From the NCBI GenBank assembly GCA_963796455.1, contig CAWCLO010000010.1, positions 64,001 to 128,000 on the forward strand: a stretch of 64,000 nt of DNA. Direction: 5' to 3'. This DNA is from Candidatus Sulfomarinibacteraceae bacterium. Its GTDB lineage: Bacteria; Acidobacteriota; Thermoanaerobaculia; Thermoanaerobaculales; Sulfomarinibacteraceae. Positions 10,300 through 20,272 of the stretch are shown here, piece by piece. Below the pieces are notes generated by a model. That model saw only the letters and a list, made by a program, of their open reading frames with translations. It had not been told where the DNA came from and made no database searches. Numbering within the stretch: the stretch's first letter is position 1; each line of letters opens with the position of its first letter. A program made the translations under genes and the position numbers.

Positions 10300-11756
10300 C
10301 GCACCCTCCGGGCCTCGGAGCGCACCACCTTCTGATCGGAGAAAGAAACTGTGGAGTCGGCCAGTGCCTGGGAGGCCTCGTGACCCTTCCCCGCCACCAG
10401 AACCAGGGATCGTTCGTCTGCCCGCTCCAGGGCAGTGGCGATGGCCGCACGCCGGTCGAGCTCGATGATGGGTTCGGCACCGGCGGCGCGGACGCCCTCG
10501 GCCACCGCTTCGGCAATTGCCGATGGATCCTCGGATCGCGGGTTGTCAGAAGTGACGATCGGAAGATCGGCGAGCTCACCGACGGCGTATCCCATCGGCC
10601 CGCGTTTGCCCTGATCACGGTCGCCGCCGGCTCCGAAAACGACGATCAACCGGCGGTCGGTCACACGCTCGAGGGCCTGGAGGACGGCACGCAGACCCTC
10701 GGGGGTGTGGGCAAAGTCGATGAAGATCGGGAAGGGAAGCTTTGTCTTGATTCGTTCGAGCCGGCCGCTGAGCGGGCGTGCGCGTTTGAGCCCGCGGCGG
10801 ATGGCCTTCGCCCCAACACCGAGCGCGTGTGCCGCAGCTGCCGCCGCGAGGGCGTTGCGCAGATTGTGGACCCCGACCAGGGGCAACCGAACCTTGGTTT
10901 CGACATCCGGCAGGCGGAGATCAAAACGACTGCCATTGAGATCGCTTTCAACCATGCGTGCGCAAACCGCCCCGCGAGTGAGCCCCCAGGAAAGATCAAA
11001 ATCCTGCACTTCGTCGAGCAGACGAGCTCCCCAGGGGTCGTCCACCGGCAGCACCCGCCAGCCCTCATGTTCGAGGTGATGGGTGAAAAGTTGACGCTTG
11101 GCCGCGAAATACGAGTCCATATCGTGGTGATAGTCGAGGTGGTCACGGGTCAGATTCGTCCACACCGCCACCTCGAACTCGAGGCCAGCCACCCGCTGCT
11201 GGCTGAGAGCGTGCGAGGAGACCTCCATGACGACCGCTTCGGCGCCCGCCTTGACCGCTCGCCGCAATATCGGTGCGAGATCGGTTGCCTCGGGAGTGGT
11301 GCGATCACCCGGGATCTCGGTTCCATCCGGCAGCAGGGTACCGAGGGTCCCGACGAAAGCCGTCGGCAGATCGGCCGAATTCAGAATCAGGCTGATGAGG
11401 TGGGCGGTGGTGCTCTTGCCGTTGGTGCCGGTGACGGCGATCAGCCGGAGCTTTTTCTGCGGGTTTCCAGCCAGGATCCATGCAGCTTTGGCCATCGCCT
11501 GGCGCGGTTTTTTGACCCGGATCCACGGCAGATCAAGACGCTTGGGGCGTCCGCGGTCGCTGAGGACGGCGGCGGCTCCCGCCTCGATCGCCTGATCGAC
11601 GTATTTGACGCCGTGCACATTCTCACCCGGCACCGCCGCAAAAAGATTGCCCGGCACGACCTGCCGCGAATCGTGGGTCATGCCCTTGACGCGGACATCG
11701 CCGTCACCGACGAGCGAGCCGTCGCGAAGGCGGTGGATCAGCGTGTCCACCTTCAC
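10290..11756 (-). CDS. murE: UDP-MurNAc-dipeptide--meso-DAP ligase
   Basis: TGTNGKST, MEVSSHAL, TNLTRDHLDYH, DNPR (DAP-type motif), AGKGHE. Confidence 0.97.
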   Translation of the reverse strand: MKVDTLIHRLRDGSLVGDGDVRVKGMTHDSRQVVPGNLFAAVPGENVHGVKYVDQAIEAGAAAVLSDRGRPKRLDLPWIRVKKPRQAMAKAAWILAGNPQKKLRLIAVTGTNGKSTTAHLISLILNSADLPTAFVGTLGTLLPDGTEIPGDRTTPEATDLAPILRRAVKAGAEAVVMEVSSHALSQQRVAGLEFEVAVWTNLTRDHLDYHHDMDSYFAAKRQLFTHHLEHEGWRVLPVDDPWGARLLDEVQDFDLSWGLTRGAVCARMVESDLNGSRFDLRLPDVETKVRLPLVGVHNLRNALAAAAAAHALGVGAKAIRRGLKRARPLSGRLERIKTKLPFPIFIDFAHTPEGLRAVLQALERVTDRRLIVVFGAGGDRDQGKRGPMGYAVGELADLPIVTSDNPRSEDPSAIAEAVAEGVRAAGAEPIIELDRRAAIATALERADERSLVLVAGKGHEASQALADSTVSFSDQKVVRSEARRVRCK

Positions 11757-13477
11757 GCGTCATCCTCCTCTTGGTCCAGCTTGTTCGAAGCGAGAAGGGG
11801 TTCCGGGGGCTCGATCTTCTCGGTCGGTGCGAGATCAAAGAGACAGGCCGAGGCTTCGGCGATCTCGGCAAAGACCGGCGCCGCCACCGTCGAGGCCCAG
11901 AAGTCGGTCTCGGCAGGATCTTCGATGGCCACAACGATGACGATGCTGGGATCGGGCATCGGGAAGAACCCGGCAAACCATGCAATGTGGTGCTGATCGT
12001 CAAATGTCCCGTTGACGGCACGTTGGGCGGTACCCGTCTTGCCGGCGGTCCGAAAACCGGCGACTCGAGCGTATTCTCCGGTCCCGTCGCGAACCACACC
12101 CTCGAGCATGACGCGAATCCGTTCGGCCAGAGCTTCGTCGAGGACCCGGACCTTCGGTTCCGAATACGCTGCCACGTTCTGAGCTTCCCGCGGCATCACC
12201 AGCCTCGGCTGCGGCAGCCAACCACCGTTGGCGATCGCTGCGTAGGCCATCGTCATCTGCAAGGGGCTCACGGTCATCTCCTGGCCGAGAGCGAAACCCG
12301 AACTGCTCATGCGCGACCAGGTACTGGTCTCGGGGAGCAACCCACGGGCCTCGGCGGGAAATTGGAGCCCGGTTTTACGCCCGAAACCAAAGGCGGAAAA
12401 GGCCCGCCAGAGATGGTCGTCGGGAACTCTCGCCGCGGCCTGGATGATCCCCACATTGGCCGAGTAGACAACGACCTCGTCGAGGGTGTAGAGACCGGGG
12501 CTGGCGTGATCCCGCACCCAGTGGCCAGCCACCCGGGTGCCTTTGTTGAGGCAGTCGAACTTCTCACCGGGTCGCACGACGCCTTCCGCAAGGGCCGCCG
12601 CGGCCACCATCGGTTTGACCGTCGAGCCAGGCTCCATGGCGTCCTGAACGGCCCGCAAGCGCCAGTTTTCCACCGGTGACGCGCCCGGGTCGGAAGGGTC
12701 GAAGGAAGGCAGCGAAACGATCGCCAGGATGTGGCCGCTTTGAGCATCGGCGACAACTGCAGATCCCGCCCGCGCACTATGCTTGGTGATGGCCTTCTGG
12801 AGGGCCGATTCGGCGCGTGCCTGGAGCCGGCCGTTGAGGGTCAGCTCGAGATCGTATCCGGCCCGGCCGCGATGCAGGCGCTGCAGCCGCACTCTGCGCT
12901 GGATGGCGTCGTTGACCGAAAGATACTGCTCGGGTTCGCCTGCGAGGTAGTTGTTGAGAGAATGTTCGAATCCCGACCGGCCGACGGTCAAAAGCTCTTC
13001 GCGACCGGTGAACCCAACCACCGGCGCCGCCAGGGTGGCCTGGGGATAGATCCGCGCCGAATCGGGCACCAGCACGACAGCCTGCGGTGCGAGACTTCGC
13101 ACCTCCTCGGCAACGGGACGAGTGACCCGTTGCGCAAGCCACACCGACCTCGGGCCGCGCTCGATGCGTTTTTTGAGTTTTTCTTTCGTTGTCTCGAGCA
13201 GGGGCGCCGCCGCCTGGACAAAGATCTCGGGGAATTCAAGGCGTTTGGTGTCGACCTGAATTGCCATTCTTCCAACCGAGGTTGCGAGCACATAACCGTC
13301 TGATGTGCGGATCGAGCCCCGCGGACCTGGAACCTCGATCACATGTTGATGCTGTTTGAGAGCGAGTTCGCGCCACTCGGCATGTTCGACAACCGCCACC
13401 TGGATGGAGCGCGCCGTCACCGAAGCGACACCGAGGGCGAGCACGAAAACAACCGCGAGAAGACGTCTGCGGTTCAC
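11753..13477 (-). CDS. ftsI: Division transpeptidase PBP3
   Basis: N-terminal TM helix, EPGSTVKP (SxxK), SAN (SxN), KTGTAQ. Confidence 0.93.
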   Translation of the reverse strand: MNRRRLLAVVFVLALGVASVTARSIQVAVVEHAEWRELALKQHQHVIEVPGPRGSIRTSDGYVLATSVGRMAIQVDTKRLEFPEIFVQAAAPLLETTKEKLKKRIERGPRSVWLAQRVTRPVAEEVRSLAPQAVVLVPDSARIYPQATLAAPVVGFTGREELLTVGRSGFEHSLNNYLAGEPEQYLSVNDAIQRRVRLQRLHRGRAGYDLELTLNGRLQARAESALQKAITKHSARAGSAVVADAQSGHILAIVSLPSFDPSDPGASPVENWRLRAVQDAMEPGSTVKPMVAAAALAEGVVRPGEKFDCLNKGTRVAGHWVRDHASPGLYTLDEVVVYSANVGIIQAAARVPDDHLWRAFSAFGFGRKTGLQFPAEARGLLPETSTWSRMSSSGFALGQEMTVSPLQMTMAYAAIANGGWLPQPRLVMPREAQNVAAYSEPKVRVLDEALAERIRVMLEGVVRDGTGEYARVAGFRTAGKTGTAQRAVNGTFDDQHHIAWFAGFFPMPDPSIVIVVAIEDPAETDFWASTVAAPVFAEIAEASACLFDLAPTEKIEPPEPLLASNKLDQEEDDA

Positions 13478-13827
13478 TGAGCTGCCTCTTCAGACCTTGT
13501 TGCGGTCGCAGGAGCAGCAACACCGATCGGCGCCGAGGGCTCGAGCCCGATCTCGCGCGCTCGTTCGGCCAGGCGGTCGGGACTGCGCTCGTGTTCGAGT
13601 TCGAGCACAAGGAGTCGCTCGCGGTGTTCAAGCTGTGCAACCTGGGCGCGCAGACGGATCAGCTCGTAGTGAATCGAGGTACTGCGCAAGCGCGGCCAAC
13701 CAACCAATCCGAGTGCAAGCACGACCATCACCGAGACGATCAACAACGCACTCAGCACATGCGGCCAACGCCGGTCCCGTTGCGGGATCAGGAAACGATT
13801 GCTCGGGCCGAGGCCGTGGAGATCCAT
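13474..13827 (-). CDS. ftsL: FtsL-like cell division protein
   Basis: Short TM plus coiled-coil protein ending SPDRLAERAREIGL, between rsmH and ftsI. Confidence 0.8.
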   Translation of the reverse strand: MDLHGLGPSNRFLIPQRDRRWPHVLSALLIVSVMVVLALGLVGWPRLRSTSIHYELIRLRAQVAQLEHRERLLVLELEHERSPDRLAERAREIGLEPSAPIGVAAPATATRSEEAAQ

Positions 13828-13829
13828 CC

Positions 13830-14762
13830 TCAGCCTTCCTCGACGCGCTCGGCGACCCGCATCCGTGAGGACCTGGAGCGCGGATTGGCATCGACCTCGG
13901 CATCGTCCGGGCGAATCGGAGACCCGGTCAAGACTTTGACCACCCGTTGCGGGTTGCAGCGACAAACCGGCAGATCCGGGGGGCAGGTGCACCTTCCGGT
14001 TAACCGGCGAAGGGTGTGCTTGACAATCCTGTCCTCGAGCGAATGAAAGGAGATCAACGCCAGGCGACCACCCGGCGCGAGGGATCTCGCCGCCGGTTCG
14101 ACAAATCGTTCGAGCTGGCCGAGTTCGTCGTTGACGGCGATCCTGAGGGCCTGGAATGTCCTGGTCGCAGGGTGGATCCGACCGACCCGTTCTCTGACCA
14201 CCCTGCGGACAAGGGCGCTGAGCTGTGCTGTGGTGCGCAAGGGAGTTTCCGCGCGTTGTTTGACGATCGCCCGGGCCACCGCCCGCGCCCTGCGTTCCTC
14301 GCCGTAATCGCGGAGGATCCTCACCAGATCCTCCCACTCCAGGCGCTCGAGAAGATCGGCCGCGGTCTCGCCGGAGTCGCCCATTCGCATATCGAGAGGT
14401 CCGTCTGACGAGAACGAAAATCCGCGATCGGGATCATCCAACTGGAGCGACGAACACCCGAGATCGGCCAGGATCGCGACCGGTGCTTCGAGCTCGAGTC
14501 GCTCCAGCACCGCGGGGAGCTGATCAAAGGGTCCTTCGACCAGGCGTACCCGGTCTCCAAAACCCCGCAGCCGTTCGGCGGCGCGGGCGAGAGCCTGGGG
14601 ATCACGATCGAGCCCGAGCAGCCGAAAACCACGCTCCGCCCGAAGCAGCGCTTCGGCGTGTCCTCCGAGCCCGACAGTGGCATCCACCAGCAGGCCCGGT
14701 GCGGCCGGCGCGAGCAGCTCCACGATCTGGTCGCAGAGCACGGGAACGTGCAAGGAGGCCAC
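13830..14762 (-). CDS. rsmH: 16S rRNA m4C1402 methyltransferase
   Basis: HVPVL, DATVGLGGH, GPLDMRM, HPATRTFQALRI, ISFHSLED, NPRSRS. Confidence 0.97.
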   Translation of the reverse strand: MASLHVPVLCDQIVELLAPAAPGLLVDATVGLGGHAEALLRAERGFRLLGLDRDPQALARAAERLRGFGDRVRLVEGPFDQLPAVLERLELEAPVAILADLGCSSLQLDDPDRGFSFSSDGPLDMRMGDSGETAADLLERLEWEDLVRILRDYGEERRARAVARAIVKQRAETPLRTTAQLSALVRRVVRERVGRIHPATRTFQALRIAVNDELGQLERFVEPAARSLAPGGRLALISFHSLEDRIVKHTLRRLTGRCTCPPDLPVCRCNPQRVVKVLTGSPIRPDDAEVDANPRSRSSRMRVAERVEEG

Positions 14763-14774
14763 TTCCCTCCTCCA

Positions 14775-15218
14775 TCACAGCTCCAGCTGGGCGAGCTCTT
14801 CCAGCTCCTCGTCGCTCAGCGAAGCCTCTTCGAGGAATGATGCGGCGCGCGAACGATTGGTCACGGCCAGGTGGTTGATACGACCCGAAACCACGACCTC
14901 GCCCTCGACGCTGACCATCTCGCGTAACAGCGCCGGGACGAGGATGCGCCCCTGGTCATCGACCTCGAGCAACTGACCGTAGTTGACCCGTTCCACCAGC
15001 TTGAGAACCGCCGGTTTCATGGCGGGTTTGTTCAGGAGCTGTTCTTCGACCCCCTGCCACACCGCAAGGGGGTATACTCTGAGCTCATGGGGAAAGAAGG
15101 AACACACGTAGACTTCGCGGCCAAAACCGGCCTCGAGCTGCTCGCGCAGACGTGCCGGCAGCTTGAAACGCCCTTTGGCGTCAATCGTCGCCGGAAATCC
15201 ACCTCGAAATCGCTCCAC
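14775..15218 (-). CDS. mraZ: Transcriptional repressor MraZ
   Basis: Two MraZ repeats (IDAKGRFKLP, VDDQGRILVP). First gene of the dcw cluster. GTG start at 15218 is a best guess. Confidence 0.92.
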   Translation of the reverse strand: MERFRGGFPATIDAKGRFKLPARLREQLEAGFGREVYVCSFFPHELRVYPLAVWQGVEEQLLNKPAMKPAVLKLVERVNYGQLLEVDDQGRILVPALLREMVSVEGEVVVSGRINHLAVTNRSRAASFLEEASLSDEELEELAQLEL

Positions 15219-15264
15219 GATGCCCCCTCGAAGACCGAAGTTGCGCACACAGGGTCGTGATTTT

Positions 15265-15298
15265 CCACTTCGGACCTTATTGGACCACTTCTGACCAC
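15265..15298 (-). promoter_or_regulatory. MraZ binding boxes (GTGG at 10-bp period)
   Basis: Minus strand reads GTGGtcagaa-GTGGtccaat-aaGGtccgaa-GTGG, directly upstream of mraZ. Confidence 0.8.
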
Positions 15299-15301
15299 TC
15301 C

Positions 15302-15330
15302 ATGATGATCTGCTGTGGGCGGCATGTCAA
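15302..15330 (-). promoter_or_regulatory. Putative sigma70 promoter of dcw operon
   Basis: TTGACA (15330-15325), 17-nt spacer, CATCAT (15307-15302), just upstream of the MraZ boxes. Confidence 0.6.
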
Positions 15331-15402
15331 GGGTTTGGCTCACAAATAGATACGTGTTTATTGAGATGAAATCTCTCAGCTCTCCAGACCCCTCCAAGGA
15401 CA

Positions 15403-15449
15403 CCACAACATCTTGTGGTGCAGACAAAACTGACCACCACATCTGGTAG
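15403..15449. promoter_or_regulatory. Tandem NrdR-box-like operators
   Basis: CCACAACATCTTGTGG (15403-15418) and CCACCACATCTGGTAG (15434-15449), 31 bp start to start. Both resemble the consensus acaCwAtATaTwGtgt. Confidence 0.65.
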
Positions 15450-15648
15450 ACGACCGCAATTCCTCCACGCCTCTCGTGAATCGTCCCAAGTTGCAGACTC
15501 TTGCGAGCCAGCGAAGGCCCGTTCTCATTGATCGGTGGGAGAAATGAACCCCGGTCCCTGATCCCGACCGGATGAAAAAAAATACCCCTTGGAACCCGGG
15601 CTTCGCGCAAGGTTTCGTGATCGCCGGTACGGGTTAGAATGGGCGGCG

Positions 15649-16521
15649 ATGGAGAAATCCGCTATTCAACGGATCGGGGTCGTTCTCAAGACCACCAGCA
15701 GGGAGGCCGAGGCGCTCGGCCGCGAGCTTCTGGCGGAGATCAAACGACTCGGTCTGGTACCGGTCATCGATCGTGAGTCGGCGGCGGTTCTCGGCAGCGA
15801 GGATCAGATCGAACGCGTCGACCTGCCCGGCAAGGTTGATCTCGTAGTCGTCCTCGGCGGTGACGGGACCCTGCTGTCGGTCACCCGCGGCGAACTCAAT
15901 GGCACTCCGATTCTCGGGATCAACATGGGCACCCTCGGTTTTCTCACCGAGCACCCACCGGAAGCCCTTTTTTCGACCCTCAGGGCCGCCCTCGAAGGCG
16001 AGACGACCGTCGTCCGGCGCGAGCGGCTGATGGTCACCGTTGAAACTCCGGATCGTGAACCGGTGACCCGTTGCGTGCTCAATGACGCGGTGATCAACAA
16101 ATCGGCGCTGGCCCGCATGTTGACCATGTCGGTCCACGTTGACGGCGAGTTCGTGAGTCGATTCAGGGCGGATGGAATGATCGTCGCGACGCCGACCGGA
16201 TCCACCGCCTACAACCTGTCGGCCGGTGGCCCGATCCTCTATCCAAACCTCGAAGTCATCGTGGTGACCCCGATCTGTCCCCACGCGCTCACCAACCGCC
16301 CCCTCGTCCTGGGCCTCGATTCGCTGGTCGAGATCCGCCTCGAGTCCGTCTCCGAGGAGGTCTATCTCACCCTCGATGGCCAACAGGGCTTTCCTCTCAG
16401 CACGACGGATCTGGTCCGGATCGAATGTTGCCCCGATCCGGTCCACCTGATAGCCGATCGGAAACGATCGTATTTCCAGGTTCTGCACCATAAGCTGAAG
16501 TGGGGGGAGCGAGGCGGGTGA
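15649..16521 (+). CDS. nadK: NAD(+) kinase
   Basis: LGGDGTLL, GINMGTLGFL, VLNDAVI, ADGMIVATPTGSTAYNLSAGGP. Confidence 0.96.
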   Translation: MEKSAIQRIGVVLKTTSREAEALGRELLAEIKRLGLVPVIDRESAAVLGSEDQIERVDLPGKVDLVVVLGGDGTLLSVTRGELNGTPILGINMGTLGFLTEHPPEALFSTLRAALEGETTVVRRERLMVTVETPDREPVTRCVLNDAVINKSALARMLTMSVHVDGEFVSRFRADGMIVATPTGSTAYNLSAGGPILYPNLEVIVVTPICPHALTNRPLVLGLDSLVEIRLESVSEEVYLTLDGQQGFPLSTTDLVRIECCPDPVHLIADRKRSYFQVLHHKLKWGERGG

Positions 16522-19500
16522 GATACCGCCACCTGAAACGCACGGTGATTGCCGTGCTGGCCACTGTAGCCTTCTTCCTGATCTTCGGTCTGATCGTACG
16601 AACGGTTCTGGAAGCGGGGCCGACCCGGCGCGCCACCATTCGTTGGTTGGAAAACACCGCTGCCGACAACGGCGCGGACCTCAAAGTCGGAGATCTTCAC
16701 TGGGGCATCCTGCCGCCGACCATTCTCCTCAGCGATGTGCAACTCGATGCCGCGGGATTCAAGGCCGAGATCTCAAATCTGCACGTCGATCTCGTCAGGC
16801 TTCGACTGACCACTCGGACCGTGGAACTCGGTACTGTCGCCGCGCGGAACGTGAAAGTCTCTCTCGATGGTTTGCCTCCCAGGTCGGAATCCCCCGGCCG
16901 CGGTTTCAAAATTCGTATCCGACACCTCGAATTGGATGGGCTCGAATTCGAGGGGGTCGATCTTCCCGGCGGCCTGGCGCTTGATCTGGACGGACTCCGC
17001 GGCGGCTGGTCATCCGAAGACGGCAGACCCAAGGGATTTGTCGAAATCGCAAAGGCCCATGTCGCGCTCGGCACGATGACGCCTTTCGATACCGCCCTCA
17101 CGACCCGTTTCGAGTTGCCCGGGGACGGTCTCGTCATCTCCAAATATCGTCTCGACGGCGACGGATTCAATCTTCAGGGCCAAGGCCGAGTCACTTCGAC
17201 CGGGCAGCGCCTGGAAGCAAACGGTACGGTCGATGTGGAGTGGCTCGATCGTTTTCTCAAGACCAAGGGGCTGCTCGCCGGGAGCACCGAGGTGGCCGCC
17301 GTTTTCGACTCCTCAGAACGAGACTTGGTTCGTGTCGAAATCAGGGCCGGTTCCCTCCGGGCCAGCAATTTTCCGCTTCAAGACGTGGCAGGAACGCTTT
17401 TCTTTGACGGCCGTCAACTGCGCGGCGTTCTCGATCGCGCCCGGTTCCACGGCGGGCGGATCTCGGGTGACTATCTGCTCGAAGAATTCGGGGGATCTTT
17501 CCCCCACCGGGTCACGCTTCGTGGATCGGGGGTCTCCGCCAGCGGTTTCCTGGCGGACATCAATGTCGACACAGCAGGTCTGGCAGCCACCATGGACCTC
17601 GACGGCGGGGTGCGCTGGAACGGCAAACAGTTTCCCATAGGCCACGGTGAGGCGATGGTCGTTTTTCACGGTGCCCAACCCGGGCTACCGGTCGAAGGAC
17701 CGTTGCAGATCCGGCTCACCGGTGAGCGCCTCCTGCGCTTCGATGCCACGGAGCTTTCGATCGGAAATTCAAAGGCGCGCTGGCAGGGCGCGCTGACCGT
17801 CGGCACATGGGAGCCGGCGTGGGCAATCGACGTCAAGCCTGCGGTCCTCGAAGAAATCACCCCGCTGGTGAACGCCTGGGTCAAATCGACCATTCTTCCC
17901 GAAAAGTTGAGCGGTATCGGACATCTAATTGTCAATCTCAGCGGTCCTTTCTCCGATCTCCTGGTCAACGCGCGGGTCGATGCCGAACCTCTGATCTTCG
18001 ACCCGATCGTTCTCGACCGGCTGGTTACCGAAGTTACGATCGGTTCATCGATCCTTCGACTCGGTTCGACCCGTTTCCAGATCGGGGACGGTTTCGGAGA
18101 GGTTGAGGGCGGGCTTTCATGGGGTGAGGCGGCGGGTGAACAACAACTCGATCTCGAGATCCGGGGACGCCGCATCCCCATGAAGTCGGTCGCTTCATGG
18201 ATCGATCTCGATCAGCTTGTCGACACCGGCTTGATCTCCTTCAGCGGACTTCTCGAAGGCCCCATCGCCATGCCCCGAGGCAGCTGGCGATTCGATATCG
18301 ACGAACCATCCCTCGCCGGTCTCGCCCTCGGCCAGACCTCGACGACAGTCGATCTCGCCGACGCCCGATTCACATGCAATGAGCTCTCGAGCAGCAACGG
18401 CATGAATGGCGAGATCTGGTGGGATGTCAGCGGGGCGGTCACCGGCGGCTCACTCTCGTGGCCCGATATGCCGTTGGCGACCTTCGGCGAAGCCTTCACG
18501 ACCTTGATCGGAGCCAGTGCCGACACCACCCTTGATTTTGCCCTCCCCGGGGACAACCCTCCGACCGGACGCCTGGTGGCAAAGGCAAAAAACGGCCACT
18601 TCACCGTCGATGTCGGTCCTGAGACCGTACACGTGACCGCCGCCATGGAAGGGGCCGCCGAGGCCGAGGCGACGCTGGTCCGCGCGGCAGACGGCGCTCT
18701 CGTGGGACACGGATCCCTGGACCTCGGTTCGGCAAGTGGGATGCTCGCCTACCTGGCCCCCGAAGCCGGGGTCCCGCTCGACGGCAACGGTCGGGCGAGC
18801 TTCGATATCGACTGGTCGGACTCCGACCTGCCCCGGCTCGAAGGTGTGATCGAGGCGCTCGAGCTCGATCTCGACACCCAGCCCGTGCAGCTTCTGGAAC
18901 CCGCACGTTTCACCCTTTCCGAGAACGGATTCACCGTGCCCGGTCTGCGTTTACGGGCTCGCGACGAAGAGCTCTTCATCCGCTGGAACATCGCCGGGGA
19001 CGGTCAACTCAGCGGCAATCTCTCCGGCACGATGGACACGTTGTTGCTGCGCTTTCTGCTGCCCGATTGGGAGCCCGCCGGAACGGCCACAGGAATCGTC
19101 GAATTCCTGGGAACCATCGACAACCCGCTCTTCGAAGGAATCGCCGAGATCGATAAGGGCTCCTTTCGTTTGCCGGGCTCACGCACGATCCTGTCGCAGG
19201 TCAACGGAACGGTTCTCCTGGCCTCGGGCGAGGTCCAGCTCGAAGGAATGGACTTCCGGTTGATGGGCGGCAGGGGGCGCACTACCGGTCGCATCCGCAA
19301 CCTCGACGACACCATCATGCTGTCGCTGACCGGCACCGCCACCGGTGTTCGCTTCGAGGTGCTGCCCGATCTCGAAGCCCGTCTTTCGGGCAGCTGGCGG
19401 CTCAATGGACCGGTCGAAGATCTCACTCTTTCCGGCGATCTCGATGTGGATCGGATGAACCTGAACACCAAGGAGGATCTCGCTTCGCTTCTCCTGCGTT

Positions 19501-20258
19501 GGTTCGGTCAACCCGGAGGCTCGAGCTCCGAGGGTGGGCTCAACCTCGCACTGCATATCGAAGCGGATGAGAGCATCGATCTCCGCAGCCCGTTTCTGCG
19601 CGTCAAGGGCTCGGCATCGGTGGATGTTTCGGGAACATCCAACCGACCCGGCCTCATCGGCCAGGTCGAAGCCCTCGAGGGCGGCGACGCGACCCTGCTC
19701 GGCAACCGCTACGAGATCGATCGCCTCAGCCTCAATTTCTCGAACCCCGATGACATCGAGGCATTCCTCGATCTGCAGGCTACGACCTTTGTTCAAGAGT
19801 ATGGAGTCACCGTCCAGCTCTCCGGAACCACCGACCGATTCGTATCGACCGCCGTCTCGACGCCGCCCTTGAGCGCACCGGATATCTACTCCCTCCTCGG
19901 GGTCGGTTATCGGGGCAGCAACCTCGGCTCGAGCGCCATGGGCCTCGGTCTCGCCTCTTCGATTCTTTCGAGTGAGCTGACCTCGGTCTTCAAGCGGCGC
20001 GGCCAGATGGTGCTGCCCGTGGATCAGGTCCGGGTCGACCCCTTTGCCGCCGACACCACCGGCAACCCCACCGCGCGGGTCTCGGTCATCAAACAGCTCA
20101 CCCCGTCGTGGACCGTCATCGTTCAATCGAATCTGGCCGGAGTCCGCGAGCAGTTGATCATCAGCCGATGGTATCTGGCGCCCGGGCTCTTCATCGAAGC
20201 AGCTCAGCACGAGGATGGGTCCTATTCACTCGACCTCAAGCTGCGGCGCCCCTACTGA
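16518..20258 (+). CDS. tamB: TamB/AsmA-like translocation and assembly module protein
   Basis: N-terminal TM helix, long glycine/beta-rich body and TamB-like C-terminus. Directly upstream of an Omp85 gene. Confidence 0.8.
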   Translation: MRYRHLKRTVIAVLATVAFFLIFGLIVRTVLEAGPTRRATIRWLENTAADNGADLKVGDLHWGILPPTILLSDVQLDAAGFKAEISNLHVDLVRLRLTTRTVELGTVAARNVKVSLDGLPPRSESPGRGFKIRIRHLELDGLEFEGVDLPGGLALDLDGLRGGWSSEDGRPKGFVEIAKAHVALGTMTPFDTALTTRFELPGDGLVISKYRLDGDGFNLQGQGRVTSTGQRLEANGTVDVEWLDRFLKTKGLLAGSTEVAAVFDSSERDLVRVEIRAGSLRASNFPLQDVAGTLFFDGRQLRGVLDRARFHGGRISGDYLLEEFGGSFPHRVTLRGSGVSASGFLADINVDTAGLAATMDLDGGVRWNGKQFPIGHGEAMVVFHGAQPGLPVEGPLQIRLTGERLLRFDATELSIGNSKARWQGALTVGTWEPAWAIDVKPAVLEEITPLVNAWVKSTILPEKLSGIGHLIVNLSGPFSDLLVNARVDAEPLIFDPIVLDRLVTEVTIGSSILRLGSTRFQIGDGFGEVEGGLSWGEAAGEQQLDLEIRGRRIPMKSVASWIDLDQLVDTGLISFSGLLEGPIAMPRGSWRFDIDEPSLAGLALGQTSTTVDLADARFTCNELSSSNGMNGEIWWDVSGAVTGGSLSWPDMPLATFGEAFTTLIGASADTTLDFALPGDNPPTGRLVAKAKNGHFTVDVGPETVHVTAAMEGAAEAEATLVRAADGALVGHGSLDLGSASGMLAYLAPEAGVPLDGNGRASFDIDWSDSDLPRLEGVIEALELDLDTQPVQLLEPARFTLSENGFTVPGLRLRARDEELFIRWNIAGDGQLSGNLSGTMDTLLLRFLLPDWEPAGTATGIVEFLGTIDNPLFEGIAEIDKGSFRLPGSRTILSQVNGTVLLASGEVQLEGMDFRLMGGRGRTTGRIRNLDDTIMLSLTGTATGVRFEVLPDLEARLSGSWRLNGPVEDLTLSGDLDVDRMNLNTKEDLASLLLRWFGQPGGSSSEGGLNLALHIEADESIDLRSPFLRVKGSASVDVSGTSNRPGLIGQVEALEGGDATLLGNRYEIDRLSLNFSNPDDIEAFLDLQATTFVQEYGVTVQLSGTTDRFVSTAVSTPPLSAPDIYSLLGVGYRGSNLGSSAMGLGLASSILSSELTSVFKRRGQMVLPVDQVRVDPFAADTTGNPTARVSVIKQLTPSWTVIVQSNLAGVREQLIISRWYLAPGLFIEAAQHEDGSYSLDLKLRRPY

Positions 20259-20272
20259 GGATCTGGGTGAAG

